From a virus: DNA of 64,000 nt. The position numbers were made by a program, and so were the translations under genes. Positions 27,976 to 35,941 of the stretch are shown in pieces (the stretch's first letter is position 1; every line of letters begins with the position of its first letter). The stretch lies in the IMG/VR virus record IMGVR_UViG_3300034093_003283. The stretch is one strand, 5' to 3'. The notes under the pieces are model-generated. The model made no database searches, was not told the origin of the DNA, and worked only from the letters and a program-made list of their open reading frames with translations.

Positions 27976-28050
27976 GGTTCAGTAGCACAGTGGTAGTGCA
28001 ACTCCTTCATACGGAGTAGGTCGTTGGCTCGTATCCAACCTGAACCACCA
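27976..28050 (+). tRNA. tRNA-Met(CAT), atypical T loop
   Basis: Loop TTCATAC; T loop CTCGTAT; CCA. Confidence 0.8.
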
Positions 28051-28054
28051 GTAT

Positions 28055-28130
28055 GGGTCTTTAACTCAGTGAACAGAGTACTTGGCTACGAACCAAGAAG
28101 TCGTAGGTTTGAATCCTACAAGACCCTCCA
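28055..28130 (+). tRNA. tRNA-Arg(ACG)
   Basis: Cloverleaf, CCA. Confidence 0.88.
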
Positions 28131-28351
28131 AGCCGTTCCGCTTTGTTAGCGGATACTGTGACCCACAGGATAGAAGTGAGGTGACTCTCACGGGTGGTAG
28201 TCTTTAAACCGAAAGGCCGCTGGCAGTGCGATAACGGTCCTGGTCGGGAAGCGGGTGGAGGGTGTGTGTTACAAGGCGTTGAACCAAACGGGGAGCCAAG
28301 TAACAACGGTGCGAGCTGACACACTAAATTACCGCCGCAGGACGCAGAGCA
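28131..28351 (+). ncRNA. Putative GC-rich structured ncRNA (about 220 nt)
   Basis: Nested helices, GNRA loop, GC far above background. Confidence 0.6.
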
Positions 28352-28356
28352 TTTAT

Positions 28357-28430
28357 ACCCCGTTAGCTCAAAGGTAGAGCACCCGGCTGATAACCGGGAG
28401 ACAGAGGATCGTTACCTCTACAGGGTACCA
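28357..28430 (+). tRNA. tRNA-Ile(GAT)
   Basis: Cloverleaf; T loop ATCGTTA. Confidence 0.87.
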
Positions 28431-28436
28431 AATTTT

Positions 28437-28510
28437 TTCTCGCTGGTGTAATGGCAGCATAGCGGTCTCCAAAACCGTTGGTTGGGGTTCGAGTCCCTAG
28501 CGGGAAGCCA
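28437..28510 (+). tRNA. tRNA-Trp(CCA)
   Basis: Cloverleaf, G73, CCA. Confidence 0.9.
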
Positions 28511-28531
28511 ATTTTTATAAAGGTGATTGAT

Positions 28532-29020
28532 ATGAAAAAGTTCGACATAGAAGAAGTCAAAACATTCCTTGCAAAACAAGGACAAGATACCAAAGTGTAC
28601 CTTGGTGCTGACTCTGAAAGAATTAGAGTTAACGGTGTTTGGTATGCTGATTATGCTTTGGCTGTCGTAGTTCATATTGATGGCCGCCACGGTTGTAAGA
28701 TATTTGGTTATGTAGATAGAGAAATGGATTATGACCATAAGAAAAGTAAACCTGCTATGCGTCTGATGACAGAAGTATACAAGGTTTCAGAATTGTTCCA
28801 AAACTTGGCTGACGTATTAGAAGATTTTCATGTTGAAGTTCATTTGGACTTGAACAAATCTGATGAATTCGGAAGTTCATGTGTTGTGCAACAAGCAATA
28901 GGTTATATCAAAGGTACATGTAACATGACACCGATGGTTAAACCAGATGCACCTGCTGCTAGTTTCTGTGCCGATAGATTGAAAAGAATCTTGGCCGAAC
29001 AAGAAGCAGTGCATGTCTAA
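28532..29020 (+). CDS. RNase H-like YkuK/DUF458 family protein
   Basis: YLGADS, RLMTEV, EVHLDLN, KPDAPAAS..AD. Confidence 0.75.
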   Translation: MKKFDIEEVKTFLAKQGQDTKVYLGADSERIRVNGVWYADYALAVVVHIDGRHGCKIFGYVDREMDYDHKKSKPAMRLMTEVYKVSELFQNLADVLEDFHVEVHLDLNKSDEFGSSCVVQQAIGYIKGTCNMTPMVKPDAPAASFCADRLKRILAEQEAVHV

Positions 29021-29051
29021 CAGACCTCCAAAGTAATTAAGTTTACTTTGG

Positions 29052-29127
29052 GCAGTGCTTAGTGTAGTGGTCTGCACCTCTCGCTGTGACCGAGATAGTA
29101 TGAGTTCGATCCTCATAGTGCTGCCCA
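29052..29127 (+). tRNA. tRNA-His(GTG)
   Basis: G-1:C73, CCA. Confidence 0.88.
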
Positions 29128-29137
29128 AAGTAAATTT

Positions 29138-29212
29138 GCCTTGTTAACTCAGCGGTAGAGTGTCTCCCTTACAAGGAGAAGGTCGGCGGTTCGATCCCGT
29201 CACAAGGTACCA
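29138..29212 (+). tRNA. tRNA-Val(TAC)
   Basis: Canonical cloverleaf. Confidence 0.92.
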
Positions 29213-29216
29213 ACAT

Positions 29217-29292
29217 GCTGCTTTAGCTGATGTGGTCATAGCGCTGGTTTGAAGAACCAGTGAAAGAGGTTCGATCCCTCTAGGCAGCACCA
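29217..29292 (+). tRNA. tRNA-Phe(GAA)
   Basis: Cloverleaf, CCA. Confidence 0.88.
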
Positions 29293-29300
29293 ATTATTAT

Positions 29301-29377
29301 ACCCAAGTGACGAAATTGGCAAACGTGTCTCTCTCAAAAGGAGAATTTTGTGGGTTCGAATCCCATCTTGGGTACCA
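29301..29377 (+). tRNA. tRNA-Leu(CAA), short variable loop
   Basis: Variable region only ATTTT. Confidence 0.87.
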
Positions 29378-29378
29378 T

Positions 29379-29452
29379 GCTCTCATAGTATAATGGCATT
29401 ACACATCCTTGGTAAGGATGAAAACCAAGTTCAATCCTTGGTGGGAGCACCA
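29379..29452 (+). tRNA. tRNA-Thr(GGT)
   Basis: Cloverleaf, CCA. Confidence 0.9.
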
Positions 29453-29601
29453 ATATTTTTTATTTCATCCAGTACAAAAAGCTGTTGCCTTGTTTCAAAG
29501 GATGGTGTAAAATCATTGCTGTTGGTGAATGATTTTGTTTCTTGATATGATTCCAATTTATTGGCCATATCGTATAAATCTTTAACATAATTTTTTTCCA
29601 T
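29431..29601 (-). CDS. Small antisense ORF inside tRNA array
   Basis: 56 aa filling an AT-rich spacer; AATAAATA just upstream on minus strand. Confidence 0.4.
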   Translation of the reverse strand: MEKNYVKDLYDMANKLESYQETKSFTNSNDFTPSFETRQQLFVLDEIKNIGAPTKD

Positions 29602-29614
29602 AGAAGTATTTATT

Positions 29615-29691
29615 GCCCCGGTGACGGAATTGGTATACGTGTTGGTCTTAGAAGCCAAATTTTGAGAGTTCGAGTCTCTCCTGGGGCACCA
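29615..29691 (+). tRNA. tRNA-Leu(TAG), short variable loop
   Basis: Variable region only ATTTT. Confidence 0.87.
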
Positions 29692-29698
29692 AGTTTTT

Positions 29699-29768
29699 AG
29701 TTACAGTCAGTACTGTGGGAAGTACAGGTGGACAACACCAGGACAAGGTTCGAATCCAAACTGTAATT
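29699..29768 (+). ncRNA. tRNA-like element without normal anticodon arm or CCA
   Basis: Terminal stem, GGTTCGAATCC T loop, two small hairpins. Confidence 0.45.
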
Positions 29769-29771
29769 TTT

Positions 29772-29846
29772 CTGGCGTTAGTATAATGGACAATACAGTA
29801 GGCTTCTACCCTTCTAATGGGAGTTCGATTCTCTCACGCCGGACCA
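29772..29846 (+). tRNA. tRNA-Arg(TCT)
   Basis: Cloverleaf, CCA. Confidence 0.88.
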
Positions 29847-29850
29847 GATT

Positions 29851-29933
29851 GCGAGTATGGTGGAATAGGTAGACACAAGAGACTTAAAATCTCTCGCTTC
29901 GGCGTACCGGTTCGATTCCGGTTACTCGTACCA
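29851..29933 (+). tRNA. tRNA-Leu(TAA)
   Basis: Class II cloverleaf. Confidence 0.92.
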
Positions 29934-29951
29934 AGTATACCAAAATATTGG

Positions 29952-29980
29952 TTGACAGTTGAATAGAAAGCATATATAAT
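29952..29980 (+). promoter_or_regulatory. Sigma70 promoter before tRNA-Gly(GCC)
   Basis: TTGACA-17-TATAAT. Confidence 0.8.
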
Positions 29981-29989
29981 AACTCTATT

Positions 29990-30064
29990 GCGGGTATGGT
30001 GCTAGTGGTAACACAAGACCTTGCCAAGGTTTAGTTGTGAGTTCGATTCTCACTACCCGCTCCA
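29990..30064 (+). tRNA. tRNA-Gly(GCC)
   Basis: Cloverleaf, U73. Confidence 0.92.
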
Positions 30065-30069
30065 GATTC

Positions 30070-30143
30070 GCCCTATTAGTATAATGGTATTACACCTGTT
30101 TTGTAATCAGGTTACGGCAGTTCGATTCTGTCATGGGGCACCA
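30070..30143 (+). tRNA. tRNA-Thr(TGT)
   Basis: Cloverleaf, CCA. Confidence 0.9.
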
Positions 30144-30151
30144 AATAAGTA

Positions 30152-30180
30152 TTGACTACAACAGATTTTTAGTGTATAAT
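30152..30180 (+). promoter_or_regulatory. Sigma70 promoter before tRNA-Gly(TCC)
   Basis: TTGACT-17-TATAAT. Confidence 0.75.
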
Positions 30181-30189
30181 AGTTTATGT

Positions 30190-30263
30190 GCGGGATTAGT
30201 TTAATGGTAAAACAGCAGATTTCCAATCTTCGGTCATCAGTTCGATTCTGATATCCCGCTCCA
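30190..30263 (+). tRNA. tRNA-Gly(TCC)
   Basis: Cloverleaf, U73. Confidence 0.9.
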
Positions 30264-30269
30264 TTTAAT

Positions 30270-30336
30270 GCGGTCGTTATAGAACAGTTTAGGTGTCCAA
30301 CTTAAGCAGTATGTGCGAATCATACAGGCCGCTCCA
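30270..30336 (+). ncRNA. Minimal tRNA-Gly(TCC)-like RNA
   Basis: GCGGTC/GGCCGC-TCCA end, TCC in 7-nt loop, reduced D arm, T loop TGCGAAT. Confidence 0.55.
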
Positions 30337-30354
30337 TTTATTTTTGAGGTCATT

Positions 30355-30600
30355 ATGAACATCACACCACTTGCAAATAAAATTGTTATTAAACGAATCG
30401 AAGGTTCTAAGCAAACAGAATCAGGCATCATTCTACAGAGAACAGATGAACCTGATAGAGCAGAAGTTATGGCCATCGGTCCTGATGTTGATGAAGTTTC
30501 TGTTGGTGATATTGTTCTTTTGGATTGGAATGCTGCAATGAAATCCGGCGACTACTATGTTGCCAAAATTGATGGCGTAGTTTTCGTATACGGAGAATAA
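30355..30600 (+). CDS. groES: GroES-like co-chaperonin
   Basis: ITPLANKIVIKR, TESGIIL, AEVMAIGP, VGDIV. Confidence 0.88.
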   Translation: MNITPLANKIVIKRIEGSKQTESGIILQRTDEPDRAEVMAIGPDVDEVSVGDIVLLDWNAAMKSGDYYVAKIDGVVFVYGE

Positions 30601-30601
30601 A

Positions 30602-30823
30602 ATGTCTGATGGTGGTAAAGGTTCTAACCCAAGACCATTTAGTGTTTCACAGGAAACATTTGGTGATAACTTTGATGCAATCTTTCGTAAGCCATCACCA
30701 AAAGAAATAGAAGATGCTAAAGCCGAACAAGAAGAATTCGATAGAATCTTAGAAGATAATCTTAAACGCACTAGGCATGAATTCGATAAAAACGTTATTA
30801 TGAAACCTGAATTTTTCGAATAA
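30602..30823 (+). CDS. Hypothetical protein
   Basis: MSDGGKGSNPRP; GGAG RBS. Confidence 0.6.
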   Translation: MSDGGKGSNPRPFSVSQETFGDNFDAIFRKPSPKEIEDAKAEQEEFDRILEDNLKRTRHEFDKNVIMKPEFFE

Positions 30824-30830
30824 ATATTAT

Positions 30831-30903
30831 AGCGGGTTGGTGAAACAGTATCACAGTGGGCTCATAATCCTCAGTTCCGGTGCAAATCCGTGACCCGCAA
30901 CCA
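30831..30903 (+). tRNA. Initiator-like tRNA-Met(CAT)
   Basis: 1:72 mismatch, GGG in anticodon stem, CCA; atypical T arm. Confidence 0.7.
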
Positions 30904-30904
30904 A

Positions 30905-31678
30905 TTACTCTCTATACATATTAGATAAGAATTCTGCCTCAGGAATTCTAGTTCTTGTATTCTTACTACCAAGAACAACAACAATCCTATTCCCAATATT
31001 AGTGTCCAAGAATAATGTTATGCATCCACCAGATGCACTAATGTATCCTGTTTTACTGACAACAATATTTTGGTGAGTGCCAATCAATGGATTGGTATTA
31101 CGAAAAACAAACCACTTATTTTTAATTTGTATTTTTATTTCAGACTTACGGCTAGCGTATCTGATGTTGCCATAGAAACTCGCTTCTCTTGTAAGTTTAA
31201 TTAATTGTCTTGCAGTACTAACATTTCGTGCATCTAATCCAGTTGGTTCATACACAACCGTATTTGTCATTTCCAAACTTCTAATTTTTTGGTTCATTGC
31301 TTGTACACATTCGACCAATCCACCAGGATAATGTTCACAAAGAGTTAGTGCAGCTCTATTGTCACTGGCTGTTATTGTTAGGTTTATTAATTCCAACCTA
31401 GTTAATTTTTGATTGTTTCTTGGTAACTTGTCGGCCAATTTTGTTGTCATTGTTATTTTTTCATCAACATTTTGGTTTGCATCTAAGACAACCATAACAG
31501 TCAACAGTTTTGTTATACTAGCAATTGGCCGGACCACATCAATATTTTCACCATCAATAATATTACCACGTATATCCGATATCAACCAGGATTTTGCGGT
31601 GATGGGTTTTGCTGAGACAACTTGTTGATTAAAAAGTATGGTGAAAAATAGCAAATAAGTAAAAATTTTGTATAACAA
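30905..31678 (-). CDS. D-Ala-D-Ala peptidase, S11/PBP7-like
   Basis: Signal peptide; SITK, SDN, KTG motifs. Confidence 0.9.
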   Translation of the reverse strand: MLYKIFTYLLFFTILFNQQVVSAKPITAKSWLISDIRGNIIDGENIDVVRPIASITKLLTVMVVLDANQNVDEKITMTTKLADKLPRNNQKLTRLELINLTITASDNRAALTLCEHYPGGLVECVQAMNQKIRSLEMTNTVVYEPTGLDARNVSTARQLIKLTREASFYGNIRYASRKSEIKIQIKNKWFVFRNTNPLIGTHQNIVVSKTGYISASGGCITLFLDTNIGNRIVVVLGSKNTRTRIPEAEFLSNMYRE

Positions 31679-31703
31679 TCAAACACCTCATCAAAGTTTT
31701 GAA

Positions 31704-31994
31704 TCATGGTGATTCAATTTGTGGTTTACAAGCTCTAGCATTATTAAATGAGGTTGTGTATATGGATTTCTTTTCACCTTTTTGACTGGTGGTAACCAAA
31801 CATTTGTATTCACAGACTTGTAATCCTTTTTCATTCGTAAAACTCTTTTCCAATTGACAATAGTTCTTATCGTTAATTGAAGATGCTTTTGTATATATGA
31901 TAGCATCCGGCATAAAATTTATATTGATGGTCGGATGAGTAACCATCAACGTTGCACTGGTTGTCAACAATGTAAAAAGTAATTTATTTTTCAT
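31704..31994 (-). CDS. Hypothetical exported Cys-containing protein
   Basis: Hydrophobic N-terminus, 4 Cys. Confidence 0.5.
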   Translation of the reverse strand: MKNKLLFTLLTTSATLMVTHPTININFMPDAIIYTKASSINDKNYCQLEKSFTNEKGLQVCEYKCLVTTSQKGEKKSIYTTSFNNARACKPQIESP

Positions 31995-32137
31995 CTATAG
32001 TCTTTGGTATACCACCAAACAAAGGTCAATAGTCCTGATCCGACCAATAGAATGAATACGTAAAAGAATAAAATAAATTTACCAAGACCAACATTGTCAA
32101 ATACCCATTCTAAAAATGTGTACTTATTTTTTTTCAT
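31991..32137 (-). CDS. 48-aa membrane peptide (not in ORF track)
   Basis: MKKNKYTFLEWVFDNVGLGKFILFFYVFILLVGSGLLTFVWWYTKDYR; ATGA overlap. Confidence 0.55.
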   Translation of the reverse strand: MKKNKYTFLEWVFDNVGLGKFILFFYVFILLVGSGLLTFVWWYTKDYR

Positions 32138-32951
32138 CTGGTGTTATTAGTTTTTTGTTTTCTTCTTGATTTTTCTCATCAAGATATTTGATTGCTTGTA
32201 AAATTCTTTCGGTTCTTAATTGCTTCTCTCTTTCCAACTCTTGTTGGTATGTTCTTTGATGCAATTCTGGCCATCTTTTTTTCTTATCAAAATGTATCCA
32301 GGTAAACAAAGCACCCATTATGACAAAAATCATTATTATTCCAACAATCAATGAAATTTCCATTGAAAGGGCTTCCATTCTTTTTCTGCGTTTTGCCGCT
32401 TTGATTGCATCTTCTTTTTCTCTGACCAATCTAGCAACTTTTTGTTCCTGTATAATTTGTCCACGCATTTCTTGGAATCGTGTCCACAAATCTTTTAGGT
32501 CTGCTGGTACGTGATAAATCATTTGTTCACGCAATTCAACTTCCATCTGTTCAAGTCTGGAACGAATCAATACACGTTGCAATGCTCTACGGCTTAGTGA
32601 TACATCACCAACGTATACCTCTTTAGATTTCTTTTCTTCTTCATAGAACAATTCTTCAATCTTGTCCATAGCATCAAAGAATGTTCCCAATTGGTCTCCA
32701 ATGACGGACATAACATCATTTGGATCCTTCTCAATATTTGCTCTTGTTTCTTTTTTCTTTTGCTCAAACTGTTGGCGTTGTTCTTTGGTAGCCGGTTTGT
32801 TTTCATGTTGCTTGTTGAATTGCTTATCCAAATCGTCAAGCACACCCTTCACATCACCGGCTGCGCTTTTGATATCTTTGTAGAGTTGGCAACCTTTCTT
32901 TATGGCTGCCACAGCCCCATTTGCAAGGGCCAGGAGGGTTAACGGATCCAT
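32124..32951 (-). CDS. Coiled-coil membrane protein
   Basis: 275 aa, one TM helix near C-terminus. Confidence 0.65.
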   Translation of the reverse strand: MDPLTLLALANGAVAAIKKGCQLYKDIKSAAGDVKGVLDDLDKQFNKQHENKPATKEQRQQFEQKKKETRANIEKDPNDVMSVIGDQLGTFFDAMDKIEELFYEEEKKSKEVYVGDVSLSRRALQRVLIRSRLEQMEVELREQMIYHVPADLKDLWTRFQEMRGQIIQEQKVARLVREKEDAIKAAKRRKRMEALSMEISLIVGIIMIFVIMGALFTWIHFDKKKRWPELHQRTYQQELEREKQLRTERILQAIKYLDEKNQEENKKLITPDEKK

Positions 32952-32970
32952 CTTTTATACCATTTTTGTA

Positions 32971-33032
32971 TTGACTTTATGACAAAACAATGATATACTA
33001 CGATCTCAAAACACACTATATACTTATTTATA
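32971..33032. promoter_or_regulatory. Face-to-face promoters: sigma70 (+) and late (-)
   Basis: TTGACT-17-TATACT on +; TATAAATA at 33025-33032 on -. Confidence 0.7.
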
Positions 33033-33074
33033 TGGTATTCTTTTGTTTATCCCATATCCTATAAAGGTTTTATT

Positions 33075-33386
33075 ATGACTATAATTGTACTCAAACTCAT
33101 CACCCACGAAGAAGTTTTAGGTGAAGTGAAATCCGAAACACCATCAACATTTACCTTATCTAATCCCGTAGCAATTGCTGTTGTGCGAGGCCAAGATGGC
33201 CAACCCAATGTTGGATTTGCGCCATTTCCAACGCACGCTAACCATGGCAAAAATTCAACTATTGACATTGACAAGAAGAATGTAGTATACTACTATATTC
33301 CTGCTGAAGATTTTATTACAAACTACAATGAAATTTTTGGTTCAGGTATCATTCTCCCAGGACAAAAACAAATTATTACAGGTTAA
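33075..33386 (+). CDS. Hypothetical protein (Sm-like fold possible)
   Basis: LKLITHEEVLG; coupled to gp43. Confidence 0.6.
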   Translation: MTIIVLKLITHEEVLGEVKSETPSTFTLSNPVAIAVVRGQDGQPNVGFAPFPTHANHGKNSTIDIDKKNVVYYYIPAEDFITNYNEIFGSGIILPGQKQIITG

Positions 33387-35941
33387 TGGCTAATTTCTAC
33401 ACAAATGTTCAATCTTTCGGTGGCAAGATTCTTTATCGTGGTGTCAAAGACGGTAAACGAATCAAACTAAAGATTGATTATGAACCACAATTGTATCTTC
33501 CTGCTCGGCGTGGTAATGGTACACACAAATCTCTTGATGGTATAGACCTCGTACCAAAGCGATTTGATGGCATCCGTGAAGCAAGAGACTATGTAAAACA
33601 ATTTGAAGATGTTGCTGGTGGTACAAAAATCTATGGTAACACCAGATTTGAATATGCATTTATCGCAGAACAACATACCGAAATGGTTGATTGGGATGCT
33701 GATAAAGTTTCTGTTGGTGTAATTGATATTGAGGTTGGTTCAGAGAATGGTTTTCCAGACCCATATCTGGCCAACGAACCAATCACCGCAATTGCCATAA
33801 CCTATCTAAATGGCATGACCCATGTTTTTGGTTGTGGTGATTACAATAATTATGACGATAATGTAACATACGTAAAATGCAGAGATGAATGGTCTCTTTG
33901 CAAAAGATTCTTGGAATTGTGGTCACACAATACACCAGATGTTATCACTGGTTGGAACACCAAGTTCTTTGATATACCATATCTTGTGAATCGTTTTCGT
34001 AAGATTCTTGGTGAAGATGAAACTAGAAAATTATCTCCGTGGAACTTTATCACAGAACGAAAAACCAATATCAATGGCCGACAATTGATTGCATATAGTC
34101 TTGTTGGTGTTGAATCACTCGACTATATTGAATTATACAAATGGTATGCGCCGGGTGGTAAGTCACAAGAATCGTATCGATTGGATAATATCGCACAGGT
34201 GGAACTTGGTGAAGGTAAAATCTCATATGATGAATTCGATAACCTTCATGCATTGTATCGCCTCAACTTCCAAAAGTTTATTGAATACAACATCAAAGAC
34301 GTTAAGTTGATTATAAAATTGGAAGACAAACTTAAGCTTTTGGAATTGGCCTTAACTCTTGCATATGATACCAAATGTAACTATGAAGATGTATTTGCAC
34401 AAACACGTATGTGGGATGCACTGACATATTCGTATCTGTTGAATCGTGGTATCATTGTACCACCCCGTGAAGTACAAGATAAAGATGCTGCGTTTGAAGG
34501 TGCGTATGTAAAAGACCCACAAGTTGGTATGCACAATTGGGTTGCATCGTTTGACTTGAATAGTTTGTATCCACATTTGATGATGCAGTATAACATTTCA
34601 CCAGAGACACTAATCGAACCACAAGACTATACACCTGAAATGCGAGAAGTTATTTCTCAAGGTGTAAGCGTTGATAAATTGTTGATTAAGTCGGTTAATC
34701 TATCAAATCTGACTGATTGCACAATTACACCAAACGGACAATTTTTTCGCACAGATAAGATTGGTTTCTTACCTGCAATGATGGAAGAGATGTATCAAGA
34801 CCGTAAAAAGTTTAAGAAGATGATGTTGATTGCTCAACAGGAGTATGAAAATGAAAAAGACGAATTCAAAAAATACGAAATTGACAAACGTGTGGCTAGA
34901 TTTAATAACCTACAACTCGCAAAGAAAGTATCCCTCAACTCTGCCTACGGCGCTTTGGGAAGCCAGTATTTTAGGTTTTATGACCTACGCATGGCTCTGG
35001 GAGTTACAACAGCAGGCCAACTATCAATCAAATGGATTGAAGCAAAAATCAACCAGTACATGAATAAGCTTTTGTCCACAGACAATGTGGACTATGTGAT
35101 TGCATCAGACACAGATTCTATTTACCTACGCCTTGGTGATTTGGTTAACAAGGTCTATGGTGTTGATGGTGTTGTTAAAATGCCTGCACAAAAGATTATT
35201 GAATTTATGGATCGTGTTTGTGAAGACAAATTACAACCACACATTGATAGATCATACCAAGAGTTGGCAGATTATGTTCATGCATTTGCACAAAAGATGC
35301 AGATGAAACGTGAAGGTCTTTCTGATAAGGGTGTGTGGACTGCCAAGAAGCGTTATATTCTAAATGTGTATAACAATGAAGGTGTGCAGTATGCTGAACC
35401 ACACATGAAGGTGATGGGTTTGGAAATGATTAAATCATCCACACCATCTGCCATCCGTGAGAAGATGAAATTATCTATTAAGTTGATGATGACTGGTACA
35501 GAACAAGAGGTGCAAGACTTTATTGCCAAGTTTAGGCAGGAGTTTAAAACACTGCCTGCGGAAGAAATATCTTTCCCTAGAGGATTGAATGGGCTAAATA
35601 CTTATTCCGATCCAGTAATGTTGTTCAAAAAAGGCACACCAATCCATGTTCGTGGTGCGATTGTGTACAATCATTATCTGAAACAAAAAGATTTGACTAA
35701 GAAGTACCCATTGATTCAAGAAGGTGAAAAACTTAAATTTACCTATCTGAAAATGCCAAATCATTTCAAAAATGATGTGATTTCTTTCCCATCAAGAATA
35801 CCAAAAGAGTTTGAGCTTGACAACTACATCGACTATGATGTACAATTCGACAAGGCCTTTCTGGAACCAATCAGTGTAATTCTACGTTGCATGAATTGGT
35901 CGGCTGAAAAAACAAATTCATTAGAGGACTTTTTTACATGA
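33386..35941 (+). CDS. gp43: Family B DNA polymerase
   Basis: DIEV exo, SFDLNSLYP, LNSAYG, DTDS. Confidence 0.98.
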   Translation: MANFYTNVQSFGGKILYRGVKDGKRIKLKIDYEPQLYLPARRGNGTHKSLDGIDLVPKRFDGIREARDYVKQFEDVAGGTKIYGNTRFEYAFIAEQHTEMVDWDADKVSVGVIDIEVGSENGFPDPYLANEPITAIAITYLNGMTHVFGCGDYNNYDDNVTYVKCRDEWSLCKRFLELWSHNTPDVITGWNTKFFDIPYLVNRFRKILGEDETRKLSPWNFITERKTNINGRQLIAYSLVGVESLDYIELYKWYAPGGKSQESYRLDNIAQVELGEGKISYDEFDNLHALYRLNFQKFIEYNIKDVKLIIKLEDKLKLLELALTLAYDTKCNYEDVFAQTRMWDALTYSYLLNRGIIVPPREVQDKDAAFEGAYVKDPQVGMHNWVASFDLNSLYPHLMMQYNISPETLIEPQDYTPEMREVISQGVSVDKLLIKSVNLSNLTDCTITPNGQFFRTDKIGFLPAMMEEMYQDRKKFKKMMLIAQQEYENEKDEFKKYEIDKRVARFNNLQLAKKVSLNSAYGALGSQYFRFYDLRMALGVTTAGQLSIKWIEAKINQYMNKLLSTDNVDYVIASDTDSIYLRLGDLVNKVYGVDGVVKMPAQKIIEFMDRVCEDKLQPHIDRSYQELADYVHAFAQKMQMKREGLSDKGVWTAKKRYILNVYNNEGVQYAEPHMKVMGLEMIKSSTPSAIREKMKLSIKLMMTGTEQEVQDFIAKFRQEFKTLPAEEISFPRGLNGLNTYSDPVMLFKKGTPIHVRGAIVYNHYLKQKDLTKKYPLIQEGEKLKFTYLKMPNHFKNDVISFPSRIPKEFELDNYIDYDVQFDKAFLEPISVILRCMNWSAEKTNSLEDFFT

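Noticed and set aside
25939-28738. ORF-track entries overlapping tRNAs (e.g. 26374-26613, 28061-28324, 28363-28593)
   Set aside because: Explained by tRNA or structured RNA sequence; no RBS or protein motifs.
25880-30340. CRISPR array
   Set aside because: Repeats occur only twice and are not regularly spaced; no cas genes.
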